Shown here piece after piece: positions 52,689 to 61,504 of a stretch of DNA of 64,000 nt. The position numbers and the translations under genes are program-made. Position 1 is the first letter of the stretch. Every line of letters begins with the position of its first letter. The stretch lies in sequence record ON529850.1. One strand, written 5' to 3'. The notes under the pieces are model-generated. The model was not told the DNA's origin, did no database searches, and was given only the letters and a program-made list of their open reading frames with translations.

Positions 52689-52875
52689 GCGTTTTTCGTT
52701 CCCACCGCACGAGAAGCCAGATCAGGGGCAGGAGGGGCCAGATCAGCCATTTGACCATGAGGTCGCCCTGGTCGAGCACCGACATCCCGCCCCAACGACA
52801 CATGGCGAGAACCATCACGAGGCCGCCCGTGACATAGGAAAGGATTCCCAGACCAAAGAGATCGAGTTCGGTCAT
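52675..52875 (-). CDS. small membrane protein
   Basis: two hydrophobic segments; ATGA overlap. Confidence 0.7.
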   Translation of the reverse strand: MTELDLFGLGILSYVTGGLVMVLAMCRWGGMSVLDQGDLMVKWLIWPLLPLIWLLVRWERKTLDRV

Positions 52876-53207
52876 CCTGCGTTCTCCTGAACGACCCTTC
52901 GTTCGCGCATCCAGATCAACCACCGATCGTGAAGAAGGTCTGTCAGCATTTCCAGCTTCTTCGCCAGCAGGGGGTGATCTTCACGCACGCGCGCCTCGAC
53001 CGCTCTGATGACACGGAACCAGTCGTGGAGGGCTTTTTCCGTCACATCGGTGTCCCGGATCAACTTCATGGACAAACCGCGAAAGGTCTGGGCCAGGTAG
53101 TCGACGCGATCGGGATGCTCTTCCAGGAAGGCGCGCAGGAACGACCGCGCCTCGTCGGGCGTGCAGGTCAGGCTCTGGATGCGGTGCAGGCCAGGGTAGA
53201 GGATCAT
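52872..53207 (-). CDS. hypothetical protein
   Basis: SD GGAGG; ATGA overlap. Confidence 0.7.
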   Translation of the reverse strand: MILYPGLHRIQSLTCTPDEARSFLRAFLEEHPDRVDYLAQTFRGLSMKLIRDTDVTEKALHDWFRVIRAVEARVREDHPLLAKKLEMLTDLLHDRWLIWMRERRVVQENAG

Positions 53208-53461
53208 CGGCCGGCCCTCCGATTCTGTTCGTCCTGGCAGTTCGGGTCTCCGTAGCCATGGTTCATGGGGGAGGTGCATCCCGCCATGCAGGCCCAGTCG
53301 CAGGGGTGCTCTTCGGGCGGGACCGGTTCCACCAGCGCGGCGCGGACCGCCGTGACCACGACCTCGTTCTGGGTCAGGTTGTTGCGGAAGGCGTGGACGC
53401 GCAACTTCTCGGCCAGTGCGGGCGGAAGGTAGAAAGTGCGGCCGACAGGACGATCGCTCAC
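53204..53461 (-). CDS. ribbon-helix-helix protein
   Basis: GRTFYLPPALAEKLRVHAFRNNLTQNEVVVTAV. Confidence 0.75.
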   Translation of the reverse strand: MSDRPVGRTFYLPPALAEKLRVHAFRNNLTQNEVVVTAVRAALVEPVPPEEHPCDWACMAGCTSPMNHGYGDPNCQDEQNRRAGR

Positions 53462-53772
53462 AATGGGTCTCCTTCGTTCCACGCGACGCTGCTCAGGAAG
53501 CGCTGGCGCGCTTCTTCATCGAATTCGCGCTGGAAGGCCTCTTCGCGCTCGCGTTCCTCCTGCTCCCATTGGGCTTCCAGATGCGCCTGATAGACGTCAT
53601 TAGCCCCGGCGCCCCAGTAGTCGCATTCAAGGCCGCAAGAACGGCACTTCTCTCGCGAGATCGTTTCCACGTAATCCGTGGAGTTGCATTTCGGGCAGCG
53701 GGTGCGCCGGTTGGACGCCTGGATCGGGGCGCCCGTGTCGACGTGACCGTTTTTATAGCGCGGATAAGTCAT
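53458..53772 (-). CDS. Zn-ribbon protein
   Basis: CPKC..CRSC; acidic tail. Confidence 0.75.
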   Translation of the reverse strand: MTYPRYKNGHVDTGAPIQASNRRTRCPKCNSTDYVETISREKCRSCGLECDYWGAGANDVYQAHLEAQWEQEEREREEAFQREFDEEARQRFLSSVAWNEGDPL

Positions 53773-53954
53773 CGCGCCGTCCATAGGCGTGCCGTCCCGG
53801 CGACAACGCCCGGTGAACCTTTCGCGGAGGCTTGATAACGGCGACGCATTTGAGGGATGTCACGCATGGCGAACCAGGCGTCGTCCGTGACGAACATTCG
53901 CATTATCCGCGCCATCAGGTGTCCGTTGGCCTGCATCCAATCCTCGATGTTCAT
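53769..53954 (-). CDS. hypothetical protein
   Basis: coupled. Confidence 0.7.
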   Translation of the reverse strand: MNIEDWMQANGHLMARIMRMFVTDDAWFAMRDIPQMRRRYQASAKGSPGVVAGTARLWTAR

Positions 53955-54547
53955 GACGACTTATCCTTCTCCCACAGGTGGTCGAAGAGGCTTTGGTGGA
54001 GGCGGACCGATCCCGTGGCGCACACCCCCTTGATCGGGAGCTCTTTCTGGAACCATTCCAGAACTTTCTGCCGTTGTTCGGGCGTGTCGGGCGGGCCGAG
54101 GTCATCCACGATGAACAGGGGATTGCGCGACTTGCCCGAATACTGGTTCAGGGTAGGGACCGCCGTCTTGGGCGAGAAAACGGGCCAATCGAATCCCACC
54201 CCGCGCCGAGACATGGCTGCGAACTTCGCCAGAGCTTCCTTCTGGTAAGGATAGAGCTTCACCCCTGTCACGGCTTCGGCGAAGTCCGCCAGACTGCACG
54301 TTTCGATGTCCAGGTGAAAGGTCGCCGGCGCCGCCAAGCCGGCGCGCGCCCGGCTGACGTGGCGACCGGTTCCGGAACAGACGTAGCAAGGCTTTGAGTG
54401 AGGTTCACCGCCCATATGGGTAATGGTTCCGCCGGGACGAAACTGCGCCATGTATTCGTCGGTTCCGTCAACCCATCCCCGTCCTTCACAGGTGCGGCAG
54501 CGCAGCGGCTCCAGAGACCAATCCGGGGTCATTTGCATGCCCGTCAC
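53951..54547 (-). CDS. hypothetical protein with CxxCxGxG motifs
   Basis: CRTCEGRG; CYVCSGTG. Confidence 0.7.
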   Translation of the reverse strand: MTGMQMTPDWSLEPLRCRTCEGRGWVDGTDEYMAQFRPGGTITHMGGEPHSKPCYVCSGTGRHVSRARAGLAAPATFHLDIETCSLADFAEAVTGVKLYPYQKEALAKFAAMSRRGVGFDWPVFSPKTAVPTLNQYSGKSRNPLFIVDDLGPPDTPEQRQKVLEWFQKELPIKGVCATGSVRLHQSLFDHLWEKDKSS

Positions 54548-54981
54548 GCCGCCGCCTTCTCGCGGTCGCGTTGCAGCATCGCGTCGGACCAGGTCGAGAC
54601 CACCGTGTCGATGTCCTGCGGGGTCGCGGCGTAAAGCCATTCGCAGTGATAATGGCCCCAGGTGTAGGGATAGCCGCCGTTGTCCCAGAACTCGCGCACC
54701 ACCGGCTGCGCCGCCTGGACGAAAAACCCTTTGACACGGGCCATCATCAACGCCTCGGCGACGTCTTCAGCGTCGGGGTAATCGGCGCCGTCGGCGAAGC
54801 GCTGGAGGGCGGCGCACTGCTTGTAGAGCAGGGCGTCGTCGTTCTCAGGGAGGTTGTAGCAGAACTCCTCCTTGAAGATGTCCGGGAAGGAATTGCCGGC
54901 CGCCAAGGCGCCCTGGATATGGATCAGGTTTTCGATCCGCGCGAAGCTGTTGAACCAGTCATGGGCAGGGGCGTCAGTCAT
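54544..54981 (-). CDS. hypothetical protein
   Basis: coupled. Confidence 0.75.
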   Translation of the reverse strand: MTDAPAHDWFNSFARIENLIHIQGALAAGNSFPDIFKEEFCYNLPENDDALLYKQCAALQRFADGADYPDAEDVAEALMMARVKGFFVQAAQPVVREFWDNGGYPYTWGHYHCEWLYAATPQDIDTVVSTWSDAMLQRDREKAAA

Positions 54982-55606
54982 GGCGATCTTCTTTCTTGAG
55001 CGGTTTGCAGAGGTGATGCACCAACGCCTTCAGCATTCGATCGAAATCCGGTGCGTAATCCGGGTCCCCCAGGTCATCGTCAGGCGGCAGGGTGTCCCAG
55101 TTGATGCCGGCGGTCCCGCGCATGAGGGTGGCGTCGTCGAGCCCCGTCAGCATTTGAAGCGCTTGGCGGGCATGATCCAGGTAGAAGGCCCAGCTGGGCC
55201 AAGCCTGATCTCCGCCATCATCCTGGATCGTCCATACCGCGTCGTCAGGGCGCCCGGAGGAGAGACAGATGGCACGCGCCATGTTCTTCAGAACAGGGTG
55301 GACCCGATCCAGCTCGATGCGGGGCGGACGTCCTTCCGATTGGATGAACGACTGGTGGGAAAGGCGTTCGACCGCTTGTCCCCGGCGATGCACCAGGGCA
55401 TAGCGATCGTAAATCGTGTAGGTGATGCAGGATTGGCCGTCAGGCGTGAACGCGCGCAGCGTCACATCCCCTTCATCCTGTTCGAGTTCGGGCTCCAGAT
55501 AAAGCTGTCGAGACCCGTCCGCACAGGCCGGACAGTTGTCGACGGCGCCGTAGCCGAGGCTGATCTTACCCAGGTCGCTACACACCCGGCATTTGTAGTC
55601 GGTCAC
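54974..55606 (-). CDS. hypothetical protein, N-terminal CxxC pairs
   Basis: CRVC..CPAC. Confidence 0.75.
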   Translation of the reverse strand: MTDYKCRVCSDLGKISLGYGAVDNCPACADGSRQLYLEPELEQDEGDVTLRAFTPDGQSCITYTIYDRYALVHRRGQAVERLSHQSFIQSEGRPPRIELDRVHPVLKNMARAICLSSGRPDDAVWTIQDDGGDQAWPSWAFYLDHARQALQMLTGLDDATLMRGTAGINWDTLPPDDDLGDPDYAPDFDRMLKALVHHLCKPLKKEDRHD

Positions 55607-55827
55607 ACCAGGCTCCGATCAATCCAGTAGACATCATCGTCGCGGGTGGACGTCGCCTTGATGACGAAACCGATCAGACGCCCATTATGACGCCAGTCGA
55701 CACGCGTGGGCAGACCACCGACCGGCACCTCGAACGCCAGGCCGCCATAGGCCATCTCGTAGCGACGCACCGCATCGTGGAAGGCGCGTTTACCAATGCG
55801 TCGATAGTCGGTTTTCATCTGCAACAC
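55603..55827 (-). CDS. hypothetical protein
   Basis: first gene after variant promoter. Confidence 0.7.
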   Translation of the reverse strand: MLQMKTDYRRIGKRAFHDAVRRYEMAYGGLAFEVPVGGLPTRVDWRHNGRLIGFVIKATSTRDDDVYWIDRSLV

Positions 55828-55886
55828 AGGGTTAGAATCTCCTTCGTGGACCTTTGCCGTTTCTTAACAGCAATACATCGAAAGCG

Positions 55887-56144
55887 TCAAGCACGCTTCC
55901 AGTGCAAGTCTCCCGGCCTCACCCACCCAGCGCCCCTTACATAGTCCAGCTGATCATTGTAGACGGCCTGGTCATCCTCGTAGGGGATTTTCACCCCTGG
56001 ACAGTCCGTCGTCAGAGACCCTTCACCGCCGCCGCATCGCGCGCAGCTGAACAGGGTCATGTGAACGCAGTCGCCTCGGGAGCACTGATCCGACGGCGGA
56101 TTAGGGCAGTTCTGCCGCAGGTGTTTGGGCCAGCTCAGGATCAT
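55887..56144 (-). CDS. Cys-rich phage protein
   Basis: CARCGGGEGSLTTDCPG; TGATG overlap. Confidence 0.7.
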   Translation of the reverse strand: MILSWPKHLRQNCPNPPSDQCSRGDCVHMTLFSCARCGGGEGSLTTDCPGVKIPYEDDQAVYNDQLDYVRGAGWVRPGDLHWKRA

Positions 56145-56728
56145 CAGTAGCAGAACCAGCCAGGGCATTCCGTGCAAGACACGCCGCCGCCTGAAGCCGA
56201 GACGATGACGCCGGTGCAGCCTGGCGTGCGGTTATGGAGGCTCTTATGCTCTTCCGTCTCTCCGCGCGCCCGGCGCGTGGCGTCAACGGAACACCAATCA
56301 CACAGCTTGCGGCCGTCCACGATGTTTTCGTTCCCCTTCGTCCCGCCGCGCGCACCCTTGCACGCTTCGCAGTCATCAGGACCAAGCGGGATCGCCATCA
56401 TGCCGATGACGCCCTCCATCGCTTCCAGCGCGGTCTCGATGGTGACGAAGGCTTCGCCTTCATCCGGCTTCACCGGCGCCGGCAGGTTGTAGAAGGCGTC
56501 CCGCGCCGCATGAGCGATGGGACCCACACGCAGCGCTTCACGCTGGGCGCACCCCAAAAAGCGCAAGGAACGGACAATCCGATGCGCCATCAACAGGTCT
56601 TCTTCGGCCTTCATCCGCAGATCGTCTGACAGACCACCCGCCGCCAAATGCCTTTCCAGGTCCGCAGCATAGCCTTTGTGGTAGGCGATGATGTCGTCCA
56701 GTGTGAGCGGAATCAGTCGGTCGGTCAC
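56144..56728 (-). CDS. hypothetical protein with Cys clusters
   Basis: CEAC..GNEN..LCDWC. Confidence 0.75.
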   Translation of the reverse strand: MTDRLIPLTLDDIIAYHKGYAADLERHLAAGGLSDDLRMKAEEDLLMAHRIVRSLRFLGCAQREALRVGPIAHAARDAFYNLPAPVKPDEGEAFVTIETALEAMEGVIGMMAIPLGPDDCEACKGARGGTKGNENIVDGRKLCDWCSVDATRRARGETEEHKSLHNRTPGCTGVIVSASGGGVSCTECPGWFCY

Positions 56729-57165
56729 GCCTCGTCCTTGTCTCGGAGCACGTCCAGCGCCTCGGTGAGCGCCTTCGCCATGTGTTTGTGATAGTCGTAG
56801 ACCACTTCCAGATGATCCCGCTCAGCGGCGGTCATCCGGTGCCCGCGATACGTCAGTTCTTGCCTCGCCGAGATCGACACCATGCGATGGTGATCCCGAA
56901 CGCCGCGCAGCCTGACTTCCACTCCGGTGCGCGGGATTGTCACCGAGCGAGGCGTCACTTCCGGTTTGTCCGGATCATAGAGAGGCAGCGCCAGGGCGTC
57001 TTCCAGATTCGACAGGAACCCGTCGAAGGTCGGTGATTCATCATAGACGTGGGCGATTGCGTTGTAGCCGTTCGGCTTGCCTTCCCGGTCATAATAGACG
57101 TCGTGAAGACCGTAACGGACATCGTCGCCGTCGACATAGCGGATCACGCGGAGATTCCAGGTCAT
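56725..57165 (-). CDS. conserved phage hypothetical protein
   Basis: MTWNLRVI..YGLHDVYYD..G.P motif. Confidence 0.75.
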   Translation of the reverse strand: MTWNLRVIRYVDGDDVRYGLHDVYYDREGKPNGYNAIAHVYDESPTFDGFLSNLEDALALPLYDPDKPEVTPRSVTIPRTGVEVRLRGVRDHHRMVSISARQELTYRGHRMTAAERDHLEVVYDYHKHMAKALTEALDVLRDKDEA

Positions 57166-57539
57166 GCGCGGTCCAGGTAGGTTTCAGGATCGTCAATGTC
57201 GATGACGCCTTGGTGATGCCAGTCGTGCAGGAGGTTCTCGTAAAGCTTGGACGCCTCGACCAGGCCTTGCTGGGTCAGCCACATCAGGCTTTCGCCGTGC
57301 TTGTTCGTTCCAGTGCGGGCCAGTCGGTTGGAAACCAGCTCCGCCGCGACGACGAGATCGTCATACGGTTCATCCCCATCTTCCAGATCGACTACGCCGA
57401 GCTCCAGCTTGTCGTTCGTCGACCGCAGCTCGTAGCCGCTTTCCTGGACCGGCTTTTGGGTGAACGGGTCGATGATGTCCCGCGCCTGCCAGAACGTCAC
57501 CAGGAGATCGACCGCATCGCCGCTGAGGGTCTTAGCCAT
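57162..57539 (-). CDS. wHTH-like protein
   Basis: ELVSNRLA..MWLTQQG. Confidence 0.7.
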   Translation of the reverse strand: MAKTLSGDAVDLLVTFWQARDIIDPFTQKPVQESGYELRSTNDKLELGVVDLEDGDEPYDDLVVAAELVSNRLARTGTNKHGESLMWLTQQGLVEASKLYENLLHDWHHQGVIDIDDPETYLDRA

Positions 57540-57672
57540 GATTGTAGATTTCTTCGTTGGAGTAGCGTCCGCAGGCCAAATGAATGACGCCGAACGCGAT
57601 GGGGGTGAGGACGAGGGCGCAAAGCCCGACCGGAATGATCCACAGCAGGTGGACAGCGTCGAAATCCGACAT
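57532..57672 (-). CDS. small single-TM protein (46 aa)
   Basis: SD GGAGG; hand-translated. Confidence 0.65.
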   Translation of the reverse strand: MSDFDAVHLLWIIPVGLCALVLTPIAFGVIHLACGRYSNEEIYNHG

Positions 57673-57743
57673 GAAACCCAACCCTCCCTTATGTCGTTTT
57701 CATGACCCTAACGAACGCTGTCAATCCTGGCAAGAGGCGCCAG

Positions 57744-57959
57744 TCACCAACCGACCGCTTTACTGATCTCGGGGGTCCAGCCGCCTTCTTGGGCGAAACG
57801 GGCGATAATCCGTTCCATCACCTTGGCCTCCCGCGCGAAAGCTTCGTCGAAATCACGGGTGCCGGCGGCGTCTTCGCCAGGCGACGGGAGAAACCGCATC
57901 CAGCGGGCGAGCTGGAACTTGTCAGCGGATTCCACGGCGGAAATGTCGGGAAAGGTCAT
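57744..57959 (-). CDS. hypothetical protein
   Basis: ATGA overlap. Confidence 0.75.
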   Translation of the reverse strand: MTFPDISAVESADKFQLARWMRFLPSPGEDAAGTRDFDEAFAREAKVMERIIARFAQEGGWTPEISKAVGW

Positions 57960-58378
57960 GTGGTTTCCATTTCTTGCTGGAATCGCCTGACGCGCAACTT
58001 ATGACGCGCTATGTCGCGGGAAACGAGTTCGGCGAAAATATAGACTTCCGCCTCGCTTATGGTGGCGAAAGTATCGTAAACGCGGTAAAGGCCGGCGCCT
58101 CCGGTTGAATAGACGATCTGATAACCGCCCCTTTCGACTGGATCGAGCCAGATGTCCGGAGAATTCAACTCCGTTAGACATACCAGGGAGCCGTGTCGAT
58201 AGTTCTCGTCCTCACCCCAAGACAGACGCCCGGCGTAAAAGTCCGACTCCTTCAATCTCGGGGTAGACCGCTCTTTCAGGTAGGATTCCGCCAAGGCTTC
58301 GAGTTCCAGAGCGGTGACGGTTTTTCCGGCGATGATCGCGCGCGCCGTAGCCAGTGGCGTCAAGGGCTTCAACGCCAT
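57956..58378 (-). CDS. hypothetical protein
   Basis: coupled; lower-GC composition. Confidence 0.7.
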   Translation of the reverse strand: MALKPLTPLATARAIIAGKTVTALELEALAESYLKERSTPRLKESDFYAGRLSWGEDENYRHGSLVCLTELNSPDIWLDPVERGGYQIVYSTGGAGLYRVYDTFATISEAEVYIFAELVSRDIARHKLRVRRFQQEMETT

Positions 58379-58998
58379 TGCCGTCTCCCTCGCATCTCGG
58401 CGTGTTCGCGCAGTATAGCGGCAACGTCGCGGTCAAGCGTCGTTTCTTTCCAGATGTCCTTGGCGTCTTTGCGCCAGGCGTCCGGTCGATAGGACGCCAG
58501 CGCTTTGATGAAGAAGGGCTCGATCTCCTCCCAGGACATATAACCGTCCAACGGATGGACGCTGGTGCGGCGATGCTCGACGTGCGGGTTCTTGTTGATC
58601 CCGGCGTCGATCGCGCCTTCCCGGCCGGCGGGATGAAGACCGATTCGGATACGGGCGCCACGATACCGGGCGTAGAAATAGGTTCCATCCGCCAGACGGC
58701 CTTCCCACTGGCTGGGGCAGACGGTGCAGGTCTGCACGATCTCAGCGAAGACCGACGGGTCCAAGCGAAAGTCCCGAACGTCGAACCGTTTCCAGCCGAA
58801 GCCGAGATGTTTGTGAACGGAGCGGGCCTTGGCTCCTGGACGGGCCTGAACGGTCATAGAATCGAACTGCGCGAAGATCGACCGCGACAGCACCGACGCC
58901 GGCGCGTTGATCCACCCGCGAGACGGCAGGTTGCGAATCAAAGCGCGTTCGCCGCGCAGATGCGGGATCGGACCGACATAGGTGGCGTAGAGGTTCAT
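58369..58998 (-). CDS. hypothetical protein
   Basis: TCTVCPSQWEG..YARYR motif; ATGA overlap. Confidence 0.75.
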   Translation of the reverse strand: MNLYATYVGPIPHLRGERALIRNLPSRGWINAPASVLSRSIFAQFDSMTVQARPGAKARSVHKHLGFGWKRFDVRDFRLDPSVFAEIVQTCTVCPSQWEGRLADGTYFYARYRGARIRIGLHPAGREGAIDAGINKNPHVEHRRTSVHPLDGYMSWEEIEPFFIKALASYRPDAWRKDAKDIWKETTLDRDVAAILREHAEMRGRRQWR

Positions 58999-59495
58999 CG
59001 TTTGTCTTTCAGCCTCTGCTCCACACAGGGCGGCACGAGCCACGAAATGTCTTCGCCAAGCGCGGAGAGTTCGCGGGCCATGCTGGACGAGACGTGAAGG
59101 AACTCCGTCGGGCAGATCAGGTAGACCATCGGCAGGTCCGGGGCGATGCGTTCCATGGCGCCGTGGATGCTGAACTCGTCGTTGAAGTCACTGACCTGAC
59201 GGAAAGCGCGCACGAGATGCGTCGCCTTATAGTCCCGCGCCTTCTGAGCGAGACCACCCGAGAACGCGATCGTCACCATGCGGCCCATGTCGTCAGGGAA
59301 CTGCGCCTCACACGCCTCCTGGATCATGCTGATCCTCTCGAAGGGAGTGAACAACCCGGTCTTCGCGGCGTTGCGCCCCACGCCGATGACCAGGCTATCG
59401 AAGACGGTCAGGGCCTGGCGGATCACATCGAGATGCCCTCGTGTGATCGGGTCGAACGAGCCGGCGTAGAAGCCGATTTTCAGATTGCGGGTCAT
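58995..59495 (-). CDS. coaD: phosphopantetheine adenylyltransferase
   Basis: YAGSFDPITRGHLDVI; LFTPFERISMI; LVRAFRQVSDF..E; VSSS.AREL. Confidence 0.9.
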   Translation of the reverse strand: MTRNLKIGFYAGSFDPITRGHLDVIRQALTVFDSLVIGVGRNAAKTGLFTPFERISMIQEACEAQFPDDMGRMVTIAFSGGLAQKARDYKATHLVRAFRQVSDFNDEFSIHGAMERIAPDLPMVYLICPTEFLHVSSSMARELSALGEDISWLVPPCVEQRLKDKR

Positions 59496-59743
59496 TCCGC
59501 CTCCCATCCGTCCCAGATGTCCATCGTTTCGCCTGTGCCCCGGAAGACTTCGATCTTGTCGATCGTGTTTTCATTCGATTGGAGGCGCATGATCCGGTCC
59601 CTGGACCCAGGATTGGGTCGTCTCCAGGAGGGAACGGTGCGGCGGGCGGCTTCCCGCGCCTCGCCGGCGGTCAGCCCCTTGATCAAGGAAACCTTCCCGC
59701 CTTGGGTGATGGTGAGCAGGCACCAATCCGCCGTCTCGCTCAT
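59492..59743 (-). CDS. hypothetical protein
   Basis: ATGA overlap. Confidence 0.7.
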   Translation of the reverse strand: MSETADWCLLTITQGGKVSLIKGLTAGEAREAARRTVPSWRRPNPGSRDRIMRLQSNENTIDKIEVFRGTGETMDIWDGWEAE

Positions 59744-60177
59744 GGGTGCAGGTCCAGGGCGTGGGTCGCCGCCGCCAACAGCGCCTTGGGGCCGAAAACG
59801 TAGGCGCAGGTGTCGAGGGGAATCAGGTGGAAGGAGTCTCCGTCCAGCAGCGGGTAGGTCGGATCGTGGATCACGCCGTGCGGCACGTTGATCTTGGAGG
59901 CGACCTCCAGGACGCGACGCATGACGCGCTCGTTGACCCCCATGCACAGCACGGTGCCGAACCCGTCGGCCTGCTGCTGCCACTTGCCGAACCAGTTCTG
60001 ATGCTTGGTGCTCCAGGTCTTCCAGTCCTTGAGCGCCACCTGCGTGCCGGCGTGGTGGGCTTGCGCGCACGCCTTGCCGGGATTCATCGACGCCAAGTCG
60101 TTGCGCATCAGCAGATACAGGGTGAACTCGGGGTCGGCCGCGTGTTCGGCGGCTTCGAAGGCGGTGGCGTCGGTCAC
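59740..60177 (-). CDS. PTH2-like peptidyl-tRNA hydrolase
   Basis: YLLMRNDL.SMNPGKACAQAHHA; W; G.GTVL; IHDPTY; TC..FGP. Confidence 0.75.
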   Translation of the reverse strand: MTDATAFEAAEHAADPEFTLYLLMRNDLASMNPGKACAQAHHAGTQVALKDWKTWSTKHQNWFGKWQQQADGFGTVLCMGVNERVMRRVLEVASKINVPHGVIHDPTYPLLDGDSFHLIPLDTCAYVFGPKALLAAATHALDLHP

Positions 60178-60458
60178 GCTTCATGTCCTTGCAGGGCTGG
60201 GAAGGCGTCGATCAACGCGTTCGCCAGGCGATTGGCGGACCCTCCGATGGGTCCGGTATAGAAGTGGTGGTAGATGATCTGTTCGATCGTTTCGACCAGA
60301 ACAGGTCCGGCGACGGCCGGCGGCCGCAGCAGCGCCTTGACGATTGCGTCGCGGTTATCCACCAGCAGATCGGATACGATTTTCTCGTCCGTGACGCCGC
60401 GAAGGCCGCCGCAACCGGCGATCTTCTCGGCGAGTTTGAGATTATTCATCGCGATCAA
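60174..60458 (-). CDS. hypothetical protein
   Basis: coupled. Confidence 0.7.
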   Translation of the reverse strand: MIAMNNLKLAEKIAGCGGLRGVTDEKIVSDLLVDNRDAIVKALLRPPAVAGPVLVETIEQIIYHHFYTGPIGGSANRLANALIDAFPALQGHEA

Positions 60459-60906
60459 TCCTCTGAGCCAGGGGCGTCTTGGGGCGGGGAAGCCACAGCG
60501 TCACTTCAGGCGCGTTGCGTTCCCAAGTGATGTAACGATCCTTTTGCTGGTCATAGACCGACCATTCATAGGGGACGCCGGGATAGTGTTCCGCCGATCC
60601 CGTCCGCGCGATCCATTCCTCCAGGGTTCCCCAGCAGTCGACCATGCCCCACATGGGCCATCCCCAGTCTTCACCGCAGAAGATGACGTCGACTTGATCT
60701 CCGAACTTGCCCGGAGGCTGGTCGATCAGTCGGTTCCAGACCGTCACGCCGCCATAGAGGCGGTCACGGGCGTCCTGGATGAACTCGGCGCACTGACGCC
60801 CCGAGAAAGGCGCCGCCGGATTGTCGCTCAGAAAGGCGGCGATCGCCGTCATGGCGTCATAGTCCCACTGGCGTTGGTCGAATTCCTTTGTCGGCGTGCG
60901 TGTCAT
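60442..60906 (-). CDS. hypothetical protein
   Basis: SD GGAGG; Trp-rich. Confidence 0.75.
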   Translation of the reverse strand: MTRTPTKEFDQRQWDYDAMTAIAAFLSDNPAAPFSGRQCAEFIQDARDRLYGGVTVWNRLIDQPPGKFGDQVDVIFCGEDWGWPMWGMVDCWGTLEEWIARTGSAEHYPGVPYEWSVYDQQKDRYITWERNAPEVTLWLPRPKTPLAQRIDRDE

Positions 60907-60935
60907 CGGTGTCCTCCATGTATGTCATGGATTGC

Positions 60936-60962
60936 TGTAAAGAAACGAAACGCCGCTGTCCA
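60936..60962 (-). promoter_or_regulatory. boxed phage promoter (variant -35)
   Basis: TGGACA-N9-CGTTTCTTTACA. Confidence 0.7.
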
Positions 60963-60980
60963 GAGGGCAGCGGCGCTTTC

Positions 60981-61322
60981 TTAGTCAGTGATCCCGGCCT
61001 CAGCGGCATACCGATCCAGCAGGGCTTGCATGGTCGGATTGGACGCATATCGCCAGGTCCAGGGTGTTTTACCCGGCTCCGCCCCGTTGAACCGACAGCG
61101 CCAGATATAGGCCCGTTCGCTCAGCGGGTGGTTGATCGCGTCGCCGCTGAACCCCGCCAGACGGAAGCTGGCGTGGATGATTTCCGGGGTGAGCGGGTCG
61201 GGAGGCGTGAAGCCGACCTTGACCTTCACCTCTGCGGCGGGGGTCAAGGTCGTTTCCGGCGGCTCCAGGGTCCAACCTGCCTTGCGCAGCAGCTTGATGG
61301 CGGCCTTGATCTCCGGCGTCAT
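60981..61322 (-). CDS. hypothetical protein
   Basis: ATGA overlap. Confidence 0.7.
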   Translation of the reverse strand: MTPEIKAAIKLLRKAGWTLEPPETTLTPAAEVKVKVGFTPPDPLTPEIIHASFRLAGFSGDAINHPLSERAYIWRCRFNGAEPGKTPWTWRYASNPTMQALLDRYAAEAGITD

Positions 61323-61504
61323 GGGCACATGGACTGGATGGAGGTCAGCGCCCTGTCTCGATACCGATTTTTGTCCGCGTCCGTCGTCATCAGCCAGGCC
61401 GGCGTGGTGCGGTCGGTACGCGTAACCTCCCTGGCGTGTCGCGCGTCACTCTCGTAAAGCGCGATCGCCAGGGTCTCGATCTGAATGGCGTCTTGCAGGG
61501 TCAA
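61319..61504 (-). CDS. hypothetical protein
   Basis: TTGA overlap. Confidence 0.7.
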   Translation of the reverse strand: MTLQDAIQIETLAIALYESDARHAREVTRTDRTTPAWLMTTDADKNRYRDRALTSIQSMCP

